Assembly: GCA_963781585.1 (NCBI GenBank)
Contig: CAWAGQ010000005.1
Coordinates: 224,001-288,000, forward strand
Source of the DNA: an uncultured Gemmatimonadaceae bacterium
GTDB lineage: Bacteria; Gemmatimonadota; Gemmatimonadetes; Gemmatimonadales; Gemmatimonadaceae
Direction of reading: 5' to 3'
Length of the DNA stretch: 64,000 nt
A model generated the notes under the pieces. That model worked only from the letters and a program-made list of their open reading frames with translations. It made no database searches and had not been told where the DNA came from. A program made the position numbers and the translations under genes. Shown piece after piece: positions 10,620 to 19,954 of the stretch; position 1 is the first letter of the stretch; every line of letters starts with the position of its first letter.

Positions 10620-11555
10620 ATGGCAGGCGAGCGCCCGCGTCCAAGTATCGATACTCACACCCTCCGGCAGGTCGCGGCCGTGACGGCCCGGCCCCCAGTC
10701 GTCATCGCCGCCCATGGACGTCACGCGCAATGCGTCGCGTTCACCCGGACCGGGCGAATCCTGCTGTCAGGTGGCCAGGACGCCCAGATCCGCCTCTGGT
10801 CCGTGCCCGGCTTTCATGCCGTGGGCACGATCGTCGGACATCGCAACAGTGTGAATGGTATCTCCTTCTCGCCTGACGAGAAATGGCTCGCCACCAGTTC
10901 GAGCGATGGGACGGTCCGGATCTGGTCGTTTCCGGAAGGCCATGCCGACCGCATTCTCCAGAAACAGATCTGGTCCGGTTTCTCACCGTCAGGGCGTCTG
11001 CTTGCGACCATTTCAACCAGGCGCGTCGTCACGCTCTGGGAGGTCGAATCAGGCAGGGAGGTGACGCGGGTGAGCGCGCTCGATCGAAGGATCCTCAACG
11101 CGGCATTCACGCCTGACGAGCGCACGCTCCTGCTGGGCGGCACCGGTCGCATCCATCGCGTGGCAATTCCGGATGGTGGCGTGGAAGGATCGTTCCCCGC
11201 GCATCAGGGCGTGGTCGCGAATCTCCGCGTCGCGCCGGACGGCTCGACGCTCGCGTCGAGCGGGCCGCCGGGCGAGGTCCGGTTCTGGTCCCCGCGCGAC
11301 TGGGCTCTCCAGGGCGAGGTCGCCCTCGACGCGGCAGGAATGCTGTCAATGGCCTTTGCGCCCGATTCTTCCGAGGTGACCGTCGGTGTCGACTTCAACC
11401 TGCTGACGGTGAACCTGGCCGAGCGCGCGATCACAGCTCGCCGCCGCGTCGGCGTGAAGGGCGTCTATGGGATCGCCTATTCGCCCGACGGCCGATACCT
11501 CGCCAACGCCGCCGCCGACGGAAAGGTGCGCGTCTGGGAACTGGAGCGGCCATGA
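10620..11555 (+). CDS. WD40-repeat beta-propeller protein
   Basis: Repeated GH...V..(I/V)xFSPD...LAT/S.S.DGxVRxW units. ATG lies 2 bp after the permease stop. Confidence 0.88.
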   Translation: MAGERPRPSIDTHTLRQVAAVTARPPVVIAAHGRHAQCVAFTRTGRILLSGGQDAQIRLWSVPGFHAVGTIVGHRNSVNGISFSPDEKWLATSSSDGTVRIWSFPEGHADRILQKQIWSGFSPSGRLLATISTRRVVTLWEVESGREVTRVSALDRRILNAAFTPDERTLLLGGTGRIHRVAIPDGGVEGSFPAHQGVVANLRVAPDGSTLASSGPPGEVRFWSPRDWALQGEVALDAAGMLSMAFAPDSSEVTVGVDFNLLTVNLAERAITARRRVGVKGVYGIAYSPDGRYLANAAADGKVRVWELERP

Positions 11556-11612
11556 GCTATGGCCTGTGAGCTATGGCCTGTGAGCTATGGCCTATGGCCT
11601 TCCCCTATGGCC
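11551..11612. repeat. Heptamer/14-mer tandem repeat (GCTATGG-CCTGTGA)n
   Basis: gctatggcctgtga x2, then gctatgg cctatgg, between convergent stop codons. Confidence 0.85.
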
Positions 11613-12837
11613 TGAATCTCCCCCGCGCCACCGCCGGAACGAACTTCTCGATGCCTCTCGGGGGAAAGGCCAGCGTCCTTCCCTCTTCCGCACTCTGATA
11701 CGCGGTCATCAGCAGCTTCACCACCTCCACACCGTCACCAAAGCTGAGCCGCGGTTTCTCCTTGCCGAGAAACGCGCGCACGAAATGCTGATCCTCGTTG
11801 GAGTAGCCATAGGCGGCCCATTCCTCGGGGACCACCGGCATCAGCCCCACCTCCGCATTCTGCTTTTCCACCAGATCCTCGCCCGCCTTCCCCTGCACCT
11901 CTCGGCTGAAAAAGAGCGACAAGCCGCTGTCCAGCGAATTCCACTTCATCGAATACTCCGGGCCGAGCAGCTCCGCTGAGAGACGCAGGCCTGCACCCAC
12001 GAAGCTCCACGAGGTCGTGGCCTCGCCAACCACGCGGTAGCCGTCGCTGGTGTCGAATTCGATGGTCAGGCTCGCGAAGTCCTCGGCAGGCGCCTTTCGA
12101 TAGTTCACCTCGCTGCCCATCGTCTTCTTCAGGCGCTTCACGTACTCCGGACGCGTCCACTTCAGCGACGCAATGTGGCCCGTCACGCGCGCCGGGCGCA
12201 CCGAGTCCAGGGACTCGCCGGGCGCGGTCAACAGATGCCTGACGACCAGCGCCGAGTGACACATCATGTCGTTCAGCACGCCGCCGCCCTGCAACCGCCC
12301 CTGCCAGAACCAGGGCATGTGGGGCCCCGAGTGCTCCTCGGCCGCTCTTGCCAGGTATGGACGGCCCGTCGTGGCCGCTCCGCGTGCCCACAGCAGCGCC
12401 TTCCCTGCCTCGATGTGCGGCGCGAAGAGCTGATTCTCCAGATACCCGGTTACCAACCCTGCTGACTCCGCAAGGCGACGCACCTCCATGGCTTCGCGCA
12501 CGTTACGCGCGAGTGGTTTTTCGCAGGCAATCGCCCGGAGTCTGCCGCGGCCGCGTCTGAGCGTATCGACGATTTCCTCCACGTTCTCGACCCGGACGTG
12601 GTTCGGCCCACAAAGCCAGATCGCGTCGATCGCCGGATCCGCCACCATACTGGCGATGCTCGCGAACGGCTTTGCGTCCCCCACATCCAGGTCGCGGGCG
12701 AGCCGGGCGGCAGCGGCGGCCCGCTTGGCGTTCGGGCTCCAGACGCCGCGGATGTCCGCGTCGCGTACGCTGCGCCATGCCTTGAAATGAAACTGTGCGT
12801 TGAAGCCCGAACCGATGAAGCCGACGCCGAGAGTCAT
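11605..12837 (-). CDS. Gfo/Idh/MocA family NAD(P)-dependent oxidoreductase
   Basis: N-terminal VGFIGSG Rossmann motif, ACEKPLA, GGGVLNDMMCH. Confidence 0.9.
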   Translation of the reverse strand: MTLGVGFIGSGFNAQFHFKAWRSVRDADIRGVWSPNAKRAAAAARLARDLDVGDAKPFASIASMVADPAIDAIWLCGPNHVRVENVEEIVDTLRRGRGRLRAIACEKPLARNVREAMEVRRLAESAGLVTGYLENQLFAPHIEAGKALLWARGAATTGRPYLARAAEEHSGPHMPWFWQGRLQGGGVLNDMMCHSALVVRHLLTAPGESLDSVRPARVTGHIASLKWTRPEYVKRLKKTMGSEVNYRKAPAEDFASLTIEFDTSDGYRVVGEATTSWSFVGAGLRLSAELLGPEYSMKWNSLDSGLSLFFSREVQGKAGEDLVEKQNAEVGLMPVVPEEWAAYGYSNEDQHFVRAFLGKEKPRLSFGDGVEVVKLLMTAYQSAEEGRTLAFPPRGIEKFVPAVARGRFRP

Positions 12838-12992
12838 TGGGATGGGTATTGGTGATGGCCGCGAAAGCGCAGGACACGCCCGGTCACGAACATGTCGCCC
12901 CGACGACCCGCCGAGAAGACCGCGCACCCGTGGAAATCACCACCCCACCTCCTCCATGTTTCGGGTATCGACTTTCCCCGGGGCCGCGCTGC

Positions 12993-14117
12993 ATGCCGCC
13001 TGCGCTCACCACGCCTCCCCCCGATTCCGCAGACCGGTTCACCGCGTCCACGGCGTTCTGGCATCGCCTGGATGATGGCCGCGTACAGTGCGATATCTGC
13101 CCCCGGGCCTGCCGGCTTCACGAAGGGCAGCGCGGGCTGTGCTTCGTGCGCGCGCGGCACGGCGGCGAGATCGTCCTCACCAGCTACGGTCGCTCGAGCG
13201 GATTCTGCGTCGACCCCGTCGAGAAGAAGCCGCTCAATCACTTTCTTCCCGGCACTCCGGTGCTCTCGTTCGGGACGGCTGGTTGCAACCTGGCGTGCAA
13301 GTTCTGCCAGAACTGGGACATCAGCAAATCCCGCGAGATCGACACGCTCGCTGATTCCGCCTCACCTGCGCGCATCGCCCAGGTCGCGATCGACTTGGGC
13401 TGCCGGAGCGTGGCGTTCACCTACAACGACCCCGTCATCTTCCACGAGTACGCCATCGACGTGGCGCAGGCATGTCACGCCCGCGGTCTCCGCAGCGTTG
13501 CCGTCACCGCGGGATATCAGAACCCGGCGCCACGCGCCGAGTTCTATCGGCACATGGACGCCGCGAACGTCGACTTGAAAGCCTTTACCGAGAAGTTCTA
13601 CCACGACATCTGCGCCGGCCACCTGACCGCAGTGCTCGAGACGCTCGAGTACCTCAGGCACGAGACCACCGTGTGGTTCGAGATCACCAACCTCGTCATT
13701 CCCGGCCTCAACGACAGCGATGAAGAATTCCACGCCATGACCACCTGGATCGTCGAGCGGCTCGGCCCCGACATTCCCATTCACTTTACGGCCTTTCATC
13801 CGGACTGGAAGATGCGGGACCGGCCTCCAACCCCGCCGGCTACCCTCGCGCGCGCCCGCCGTATCGCGATGCAGAACGGAATCCGCTACGCGTACATGGG
13901 CAACGTGCACGACGTGACCGGCGGTACGACCCGATGCCACGCCTGCGATGCCGCGTTGATCGAGCGCGACTGGTACGAGATCCGAGGCTGGCACCTGACG
14001 AGCACTGGGCAATGCGAACGCTGCGGCACCCCGTGCGCCGGAGTGTTTGACGGTGTCCCGGGAACCTGGGGAGCACGCAGACGCCCCGTGTGGATGGGTG
14101 GCACGCATCCCCGCTGA
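12993..14117 (+). CDS. amrS: AmmeMemoRadiSam system radical SAM enzyme
   Basis: N-terminal CxxCPxxC...GxCxVR, DPVEKKPLNHF, CNLACKFC radical SAM motif, AFTYNDP, FHPDWKM and a C-terminal CxxC...CxxC. Confidence 0.93.
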   Translation: MPPALTTPPPDSADRFTASTAFWHRLDDGRVQCDICPRACRLHEGQRGLCFVRARHGGEIVLTSYGRSSGFCVDPVEKKPLNHFLPGTPVLSFGTAGCNLACKFCQNWDISKSREIDTLADSASPARIAQVAIDLGCRSVAFTYNDPVIFHEYAIDVAQACHARGLRSVAVTAGYQNPAPRAEFYRHMDAANVDLKAFTEKFYHDICAGHLTAVLETLEYLRHETTVWFEITNLVIPGLNDSDEEFHAMTTWIVERLGPDIPIHFTAFHPDWKMRDRPPTPPATLARARRIAMQNGIRYAYMGNVHDVTGGTTRCHACDAALIERDWYEIRGWHLTSTGQCERCGTPCAGVFDGVPGTWGARRRPVWMGGTHPR

Positions 14118-14196
14118 GGCGGAGCCGCATGGCGACGGGCGCGGTTGTGTCCAGCGGATTTGCGAGTGCCCATCGCGGCGCGCAGGATTGCCATCC

Positions 14197-14745
14197 ATGA
14201 CCTCCGACCGCCGACTCCCCGCCGTGGCAGGTCGCTTCTATCCGGCCGATCCCGGCGAACTCCGCCGGACCGTGGCCCGTCATGACGCCAGTGCACACCG
14301 CTTCGAACACGCCATCGAAGTCGAACTGCCCTTCATTCAGGTGCTGGAAACGGCGGTGCGCATCGTGCCACTGGTTCTCGCGTGGGATGACTGGGACCGG
14401 TCCGAGAAACTCGCCGCCGCGCTGACGCAGGTGATCGCCACATCGCCCCAGCCGGTGTTGCTCCTCGCCTCATCAGACATGACCCATTACGAGAGTGCTC
14501 GCTCGGCGGCCCGAAAGGACCGCATCGCTCTCGACGCGATCGATCGGCTCGACGGGCAGGCCCTGCTCGCGGCCTGCGAGCGCGAACGCATCTCCATGTG
14601 TGGACGAGCGCCCGCGGCGGTAGCGATCGAAGCCGCACGCCAACTCGGGGCCACCGCGGCTGAGTTGGTGGACTACCGCCATTCGGGTATGGCCTCGGGC
14701 GACGATCACACCGTCGTCGCCTACGCCAGCGTCCTGATCCCGTAG
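14197..14745 (+). pseudogene. amrB: AmmeMemoRadiSam protein B (MEMO1 family) with a large in-frame internal deletion
   Basis: PAVAGRFYP is joined almost directly to AHRFEHAIEVELPF; ASSDMTHY and SMCG are present. The PHAG and GP(N/S)H segments are absent. Only 182 aa. Confidence 0.75.
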
Positions 14746-14770
14746 GGCGAGGCGATTCGGAGCAGACGAC

Positions 14771-15658
14771 TCAAGCCGGTGGAAGCTGCAGCACCACGAC
14801 CGTGACGTTGTCCTTGCCACCGCGCTCCAGGGCGAGATTGAGCAGATCGCGGCTGATTGTTTCTGCCTTGCCGCCCGCCTTGAACCGGTTCTGAATCTCA
14901 TCGTCGTTGACGTGCCGCGTGAGCCCATCGGTGCAGAGCAGTACCCCGTCGCCCCACTCGATGTCGGTCACCGCGAGTTCCGGTTCCAGCTGTGGACTCC
15001 CCAGGGCGCTCACCAGCACGTGCTTCCAGTGTGTCGCCTCCGCCACCTCCTTCTTCATCACGCCCGAGTCGACCATCGCCTGGGCCATGGTCTGATCCGT
15101 CGTCAGGCACTGGAGCGCCCCGTGACGGAAGCGGTACGCCCGGCTGTCCCCCACGTTGATGAGGAACCACCGAGGCCAGAAGCCCATCAGCATCGTGAAC
15201 GTGGTGGCGTTGGATCCCGGCGCCTCCGGCTTGTTGTCTCCCCGCAGCACCTCGTGCGCCTTGAGCACGAATGCGCGCATCCGCTCCGCCACCTCCGCCT
15301 CCCGAGCGGGGTCGGTCTGCATCGAGACCTCTCCCATGTCCAGGATATGCTGCGACACCTCGCGAATGGCCTGCGCACTCCCCTCCGCTGCGTCCGCCAA
15401 AGCACCCACGCCATCGGCCACCAGCATCAGGAAGCCGCGGGTGTAGGTCGAGAGCGACGGGAACGTGCCGGCCTCGATGCTCGACGAGACCACCTCCATG
15501 GCACGATAGAACTTTGCCACCAGGAAGTGATCGGCGTTGCGCGGCCGGATCTTCCCCGGATGCGTCAGGCCGAAAACGTCGGGCTCATGAGGTAGCGGCT
15601 TCTGCATGGGCAGTCTACTGCTCTTGCTCGTCTCGGCGGCGGGTGCGAAGGTCTTCAT
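14771..15658 (-). CDS. PP2C-family Ser/Thr protein phosphatase
   Basis: THPGKIRPRNAD, VADGVG, NVGDSRAY, LTTDQT, LLCTDGL, GGKDNVTV. Confidence 0.92.
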   Translation of the reverse strand: MKTFAPAAETSKSSRLPMQKPLPHEPDVFGLTHPGKIRPRNADHFLVAKFYRAMEVVSSSIEAGTFPSLSTYTRGFLMLVADGVGALADAAEGSAQAIREVSQHILDMGEVSMQTDPAREAEVAERMRAFVLKAHEVLRGDNKPEAPGSNATTFTMLMGFWPRWFLINVGDSRAYRFRHGALQCLTTDQTMAQAMVDSGVMKKEVAEATHWKHVLVSALGSPQLEPELAVTDIEWGDGVLLCTDGLTRHVNDDEIQNRFKAGGKAETISRDLLNLALERGGKDNVTVVVLQLPPA

Positions 15659-15682
15659 GGTCGGCGGTCTCCCTGCGGACGA

Positions 15683-16306
15683 TCACCACCGACAGCATGG
15701 CGCGCGGAGTCGTCGCGCGCCAGAGTCGGCAGGCCGCCCCTGGCGCTCCTGCAGCCGAGCCCGCCCTGGCTGCTGATCGTCACGCACCGCCGTGGAGTTA
15801 CGGCGCACCACCAGGTGGCCGGTGAGCGGCATCTCGACGTCCACCCACTCTCCCCGCCAGCGAACACAAACCTGCCGCGCGCCGCGCGATGTGTACTGCT
15901 CGCAGACGTCCTTCCGCTGTCGCGTGATGATTGCGGTGCGCCAGGTGCTGGCACGCGTGGGATCCCTGAGGCTGATCGTATACACGACCCGCTGAAATCC
16001 CTTCGTCCCCTCGCAGAGATAGTGCGCTGCGATCGTCGGATCGGATGACTCTCCCTCCGAGGTGGGGCGGCATGAGCCATCCGACGCCTCGAAGACAACC
16101 ACTTTCCCGCCGATGATGAATCGACCATGAACTTCGCTTCGGTCCATGAATGCGACGAAATCGAATGACCCCCGTGAGCTCCCGGCGTCGGAGCCGGGTG
16201 GAGAAGTGTGATGACAACCGACACCGGCACACAGCACGAGAGTCGCGGGGGAGAACGTCCAACCAGACGCCTGGCGCAATGCAAATGAACGCGTCTTGCG
16301 AAACAC
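15683..16306 (-). CDS. Hypothetical protein, possible lipoprotein
   Basis: Fills the gap between minus-strand genes. Hydrophobic stretch ending LCAGVGC and several Cys. No family recognised; start uncertain. Confidence 0.45.
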   Translation of the reverse strand: MFRKTRSFALRQASGWTFSPATLVLCAGVGCHHTSPPGSDAGSSRGSFDFVAFMDRSEVHGRFIIGGKVVVFEASDGSCRPTSEGESSDPTIAAHYLCEGTKGFQRVVYTISLRDPTRASTWRTAIITRQRKDVCEQYTSRGARQVCVRWRGEWVDVEMPLTGHLVVRRNSTAVRDDQQPGRARLQERQGRPADSGARRLRAPCCRW

Positions 16307-16317
16307 GAATCGGTCTG

Positions 16318-16398
16318 GTCAGCTATCAGTTATCAGATATCTGCGGTCAGCGGTTAGCCATATGAGCCATGACCTTATGAGCTATCGCCCTATGACCT
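16318..16398. repeat. Degenerate heptamer repeats (GCTATCA-like, then CCTATGA-like)
   Basis: gctatca gttatca gatatct gcggtca gcggtta, then catatga gccatga ccttatga gctatcg ccctatga, just past the acetamidase stop. Confidence 0.7.
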
Positions 16399-16402
16399 CC
16401 TC

Positions 16403-17425
16403 TCAGCGCCCACCAAGCAGCGCCTTCGGCACCATCATGTGCACGCCCACGTTACCATCCACCAGTTCCGTGATCCGGAGGTCGGCCGCGATGCTCGCCA
16501 GTTGATAGGCAGCCATTTGCGTCAGATCCTTCTTTTCCATCAGCAGCTTCACCATCTGGTCGATGGCAATGCGCGTCGCCCTGGTGAGCGAGGTATCCGT
16601 CCCCATCGTGATCCAGTGGGTTGGCGTCTCCGCTCGGGGCCAGTCCAGTTTCATGTCCTTGCGCACGGTCAGCTGCAGTCGACCGCGAAGGCTGGTTTCG
16701 ATAGCGGTCTGGTCCACCTCGCCGTCACCCTGCGCTGCGTGCCCATCACCGACTTCGAACAGCGCTCCCTTCACGAAAACCGGGATGTAGAGCGTCGTGC
16801 CCGCCACCAGCTCCTTGTTGTCGAGGTTCCCGGCGTGAGTGCTCGGGGGGTTGCTGCTCACCCGGCCCAGGCTGGCCGCCGGCGCTACCCCCATGCTCCC
16901 GAAGAACGGGCGCAGCGGCACCTCGATGCCGGGGGCGAATATCCCCACCTTGCGCTTGGCATCCAGTCGGATGATACGGGTCGCTGTGGGGTCTCCCCTC
17001 ACGCATAGGTCCCGCGCGAAGCCGCTGCAGCCGTTGTACCCGTATGGGATCTTGAGGTCGATCGAAACAATCCTGACCTCCAGCACGTCGCCCGAGTCGG
17101 CCCCCTCCACGAAGATCGGACCCGTGAGGATGTGACCGCCTGGTCCACGCGCGCTCCCCGTCACCTGCGCCACGATGTCTCGAAGCTCCGGCTCCACCTC
17201 GGCGGCTGGCACTCCCGCTGCCTCCAGCCGGTTCGGCGAGTTCGTGAGCATCGTGGTGACATCGACCAGGTCGCCTGAAGCGATCGTCAGAGCGGGCTTG
17301 GCTTCTGACCAGTAGTAGCCGTAGGCCACCGTTTGCGGTGTGGCAGGGAGCTTGTGGACCTTCTGCGCGCCACCCCGGGCGATCGGTAGGCCAAGCATGG
17401 CCAGCCACATGAGGTTTCGGATCAT
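16403..17425 (-). CDS. Acetamidase/formamidase family protein with signal peptide
   Basis: GHILTGPIFVEGA, PFFGSMGVAP, AGNLDNKEL, GDGHAAQGDGEV...AIE. AGGAG RBS before ATG 17425. Confidence 0.92.
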   Translation of the reverse strand: MIRNLMWLAMLGLPIARGGAQKVHKLPATPQTVAYGYYWSEAKPALTIASGDLVDVTTMLTNSPNRLEAAGVPAAEVEPELRDIVAQVTGSARGPGGHILTGPIFVEGADSGDVLEVRIVSIDLKIPYGYNGCSGFARDLCVRGDPTATRIIRLDAKRKVGIFAPGIEVPLRPFFGSMGVAPAASLGRVSSNPPSTHAGNLDNKELVAGTTLYIPVFVKGALFEVGDGHAAQGDGEVDQTAIETSLRGRLQLTVRKDMKLDWPRAETPTHWITMGTDTSLTRATRIAIDQMVKLLMEKKDLTQMAAYQLASIAADLRITELVDGNVGVHMMVPKALLGGR

Positions 17426-17757
17426 ACCGCAACATCTCCTGTCGGATACGGATTTGTCCTCGATCATACCGCACACCCGACTTCGGCGCCATTTGACGCT
17501 TGCCCCTCGGTCTCCCTCCGGTCCCGTACGGTCGGCCTCGGCACCACGGCGACCACCAGGGACTTCCGCGCGATCAGCGGTCCCGGCTTACCCTCCCGGC
17601 GCCACCACGTACCCTTCGCCGCCTCTCTCCCACCCCCCACCCCCAACCCCCCACCGGGGCCACCCACTGGCGGATTGGGATCGCCCCCTAACATTTCAGA
17701 GACATCAACATCGTCCACGGCGGCTTTCGCGCCGCCTTCATTCCGGAGTGACATCGT

Positions 17758-18246
17758 ATGCGACGTACCGCACTGTTCCTGAGCGTGGCGGCCCTCACGC
17801 TCGCGTCCACCACTGCTATTCATGCGCAGGCTGCGAATTTCGCGGGCAAGTGGACCATGGTTCCCGATCCCAATGCAGCGGGTGGTGGTGGTCGAGGGGG
17901 CCGCGGCGGTCTCGGTCAGGAAGTCACCATCGCGCAGGATGCGAAGACGCTTACCATCACTCGCACCACGCAGATGGGCGAGACGAAAAGCGTCTACAAT
18001 CTTGACGGGTCCGACAGCAAGAACACCATGACCATGGGTGGCAACTCGGTCGATCAGATTTCGCAGGCCAAGTGGGATGGCAGCAAGCTTGTCATCAACT
18101 CGAGCATGCAGATGGGCGACCAGGAGAGAAAGACCTCGATGACGTTGTCGCTCGATTCCTCGGGTAGCCTCGTCGTGGAATCGACGTCACCCGGACGTGG
18201 CGGCGGCGAGCCTGTGACCAGGACATCGACCTACAAGAAGAGCTGA
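17758..18246 (+). CDS. Exported hypothetical protein (lipocalin-like beta-barrel)
   Basis: GGAG RBS, signal peptide ending IHA-Q, NFAGKW start motif, YNLDGSDSKN and Gly-rich GGGRGG loops. Confidence 0.8.
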   Translation: MRRTALFLSVAALTLASTTAIHAQAANFAGKWTMVPDPNAAGGGGRGGRGGLGQEVTIAQDAKTLTITRTTQMGETKSVYNLDGSDSKNTMTMGGNSVDQISQAKWDGSKLVINSSMQMGDQERKTSMTLSLDSSGSLVVESTSPGRGGGEPVTRTSTYKKS

Positions 18247-18265
18247 GGACAATCCGAACACACGC

Positions 18266-18297
18266 GAGGGCCCGGTGCCGCATGGTACCGGGCCCTC
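18266..18297 (+). terminator. Rho-independent terminator between convergent genes
   Basis: GAGGGCCCGGT...ACCGGGCCCTC stem followed by TTGCTATTT. Confidence 0.75.
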
Positions 18298-18334
18298 TTG
18301 CTATTTCTCGGAGGAGACGGCGAGCTTCGGCCCG

Positions 18335-19309
18335 CTAATAGCGGTCCAGGTCCCTGGCGACCACCACCCGGCCGCCGAATCCGCCGCGCCTCACGCCGGC
18401 AAGCAGCTCGTCAGGCGTACCTCCCATCCAGACGATGTGAGTGAGTACCAGCAGCCTCGGTCTCGACCTGGCTGCCAGCCTGCCCACCTCCACGTCCGAT
18501 GTGTGGAACGAACGCATGTAGCGCGGCCAGTCTTCTCCTCCCGGACGCTGCTCCGCTTGCAGCCGCACTTCGGGATAGACCTCGTGGACGAGCACGTCCA
18601 CGCCGCTCGCGGCGTTCGCCAGCGCGTCGCTGTAGCGCGTGTCTCCGGAGATGACGATGGTCCGTCGGGGCGTATCGATGCGATACCCGAAGGCGTGCGG
18701 CCAGCTTCCGTGCGGCACCGCAATGGCTGTCACGCGCACGCCGCCACTGTCGTAGGCCACTCCCGGCTTCACTTCGTGCACCGCCACGCGATACCCTCCG
18801 GGCGCGGCGTGCTCCAGCCCTTGTACGCGAATCAGCGTGTCCTCGGCCCAGGCCGCCATGAGATGGTCGGTCATCTGCTGCAGCCCCGGCGGGCCGTATA
18901 CCTGCAGGGGCAGGTGCCGTCTCATCACCCACGAGGTGAAGATGAGATCCGGGTAGCCCAGCGTGTGATCGCTGTGGAGGTGCGTGATGAACACGGCAGT
19001 CACGCCATCGATGGGAAGTCCGGCCGCGGCTATCCGGCGCATCACCCCCGGCCCGGCGTCGAACAGGAAGACGCGGTGTCCCACAACCACGGCTGTCGCG
19101 GGACCCGAGGCCGCGGGGTCGGGGAACGGCATTCCGGTTCCCAGCATCACGACAACCGTGCTGTCGCCCTCCGGCATCGGCGGCCCGCCGGGGACGATCC
19201 GCTGCGCGTTCACCGGGGTGCCTGCGAATGCGAGCCCGGCAAACGGTATCAGGATCCGCCGAGCGACCCCGCGCGCGACCCGCCTGTCTACTCGATGCAT
19301 CCGATCCAT
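18335..19309 (-). CDS. MBL-fold metallo-hydrolase (RNase Z/arylsulfatase-like), exported
   Basis: LGTG.P, FDAGPG, THLHSDH, ISGDT, LVHE, FHT and LTH motifs; N-terminal signal-like segment. Confidence 0.88.
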   Translation of the reverse strand: MDRMHRVDRRVARGVARRILIPFAGLAFAGTPVNAQRIVPGGPPMPEGDSTVVVMLGTGMPFPDPAASGPATAVVVGHRVFLFDAGPGVMRRIAAAGLPIDGVTAVFITHLHSDHTLGYPDLIFTSWVMRRHLPLQVYGPPGLQQMTDHLMAAWAEDTLIRVQGLEHAAPGGYRVAVHEVKPGVAYDSGGVRVTAIAVPHGSWPHAFGYRIDTPRRTIVISGDTRYSDALANAASGVDVLVHEVYPEVRLQAEQRPGGEDWPRYMRSFHTSDVEVGRLAARSRPRLLVLTHIVWMGGTPDELLAGVRRGGFGGRVVVARDLDRY

Positions 19310-19320
19310 CCCTCGTCGCG

Positions 19321-19929
19321 TCAGGTTCCCGGGTACCGGACCCCCAGTTTGCGCAGTGCCGGCGCCGGACAGCCATTCCACACGGTGGCCGTATTCCCGA
19401 TGTAGCCCAGATCCTGCACACCGATCCGGCTCGACCAGAATCCGGACGCCGTGAAATCACGGAATCGTGAGAAGAACCGGACACCGGCCTCCATCCCCGC
19501 GGGCGCCCGCTTTGGCCAGGCAATATCGTCGAGAACCGCTTTGCGCTGCGCCGCGGTGCAGGCCGCAAAGGGCTGTCCGAACCGCTTCCCGCACTCGCCC
19601 CCGAGCCAGGCCAGCCCGTCGTGCATCCAGCGCTGCATCGACGTCCGGTCGCCAAGAATGAAATCCATGAACTCCGGCACGCCCGCGTCGGTGGCACTCC
19701 CCGATCGCGCATCGCGTGGAATCACCAGGTCGACCAGGATGCGGACCACGCGCCATTCGTCCGCCGAAAAGTTCTTGGGCTGATACGCTTGGCCCCGTCG
19801 GGCGAGGGCTTCCAGCGTGTCGCGCGTGAGCCCCGCCGCCCGATCGATGTCGAGCGCGCTCACCGCGAACTCGGCCAGCGACGCCGCAGCCAGGAATTTC
19901 AGTACGTCGCGTCTCGTGACGTCATCCAT
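19321..19929 (-). CDS. Gluconate 2-dehydrogenase subunit 3 family protein (Tat signal)
   Basis: TRRDVLK twin-arginine motif, IP....SGSATDAGVPEFMD, GFWSSRIG..DLGYIGN. Confidence 0.9.
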   Translation of the reverse strand: MDDVTRRDVLKFLAAASLAEFAVSALDIDRAAGLTRDTLEALARRGQAYQPKNFSADEWRVVRILVDLVIPRDARSGSATDAGVPEFMDFILGDRTSMQRWMHDGLAWLGGECGKRFGQPFAACTAAQRKAVLDDIAWPKRAPAGMEAGVRFFSRFRDFTASGFWSSRIGVQDLGYIGNTATVWNGCPAPALRKLGVRYPGT

Positions 19930-19954
19930 GCCGTTGATACCTCTGGACTCTGGA

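Noticed and set aside
9133..10644. Long antisense ORFs (503 aa here; also 26650-28446 and 57222-58508)
   Set aside because: Typical high-GC antisense shadows of well-supported genes, with no motifs of their own.
17420..17473. 12-bp direct repeat GATCATACCGCA (17420 and 17462)
   Set aside because: One copy covers the start codon and the other a likely -10 (TATGAT on the minus strand). Two copies are too little to call an operator.
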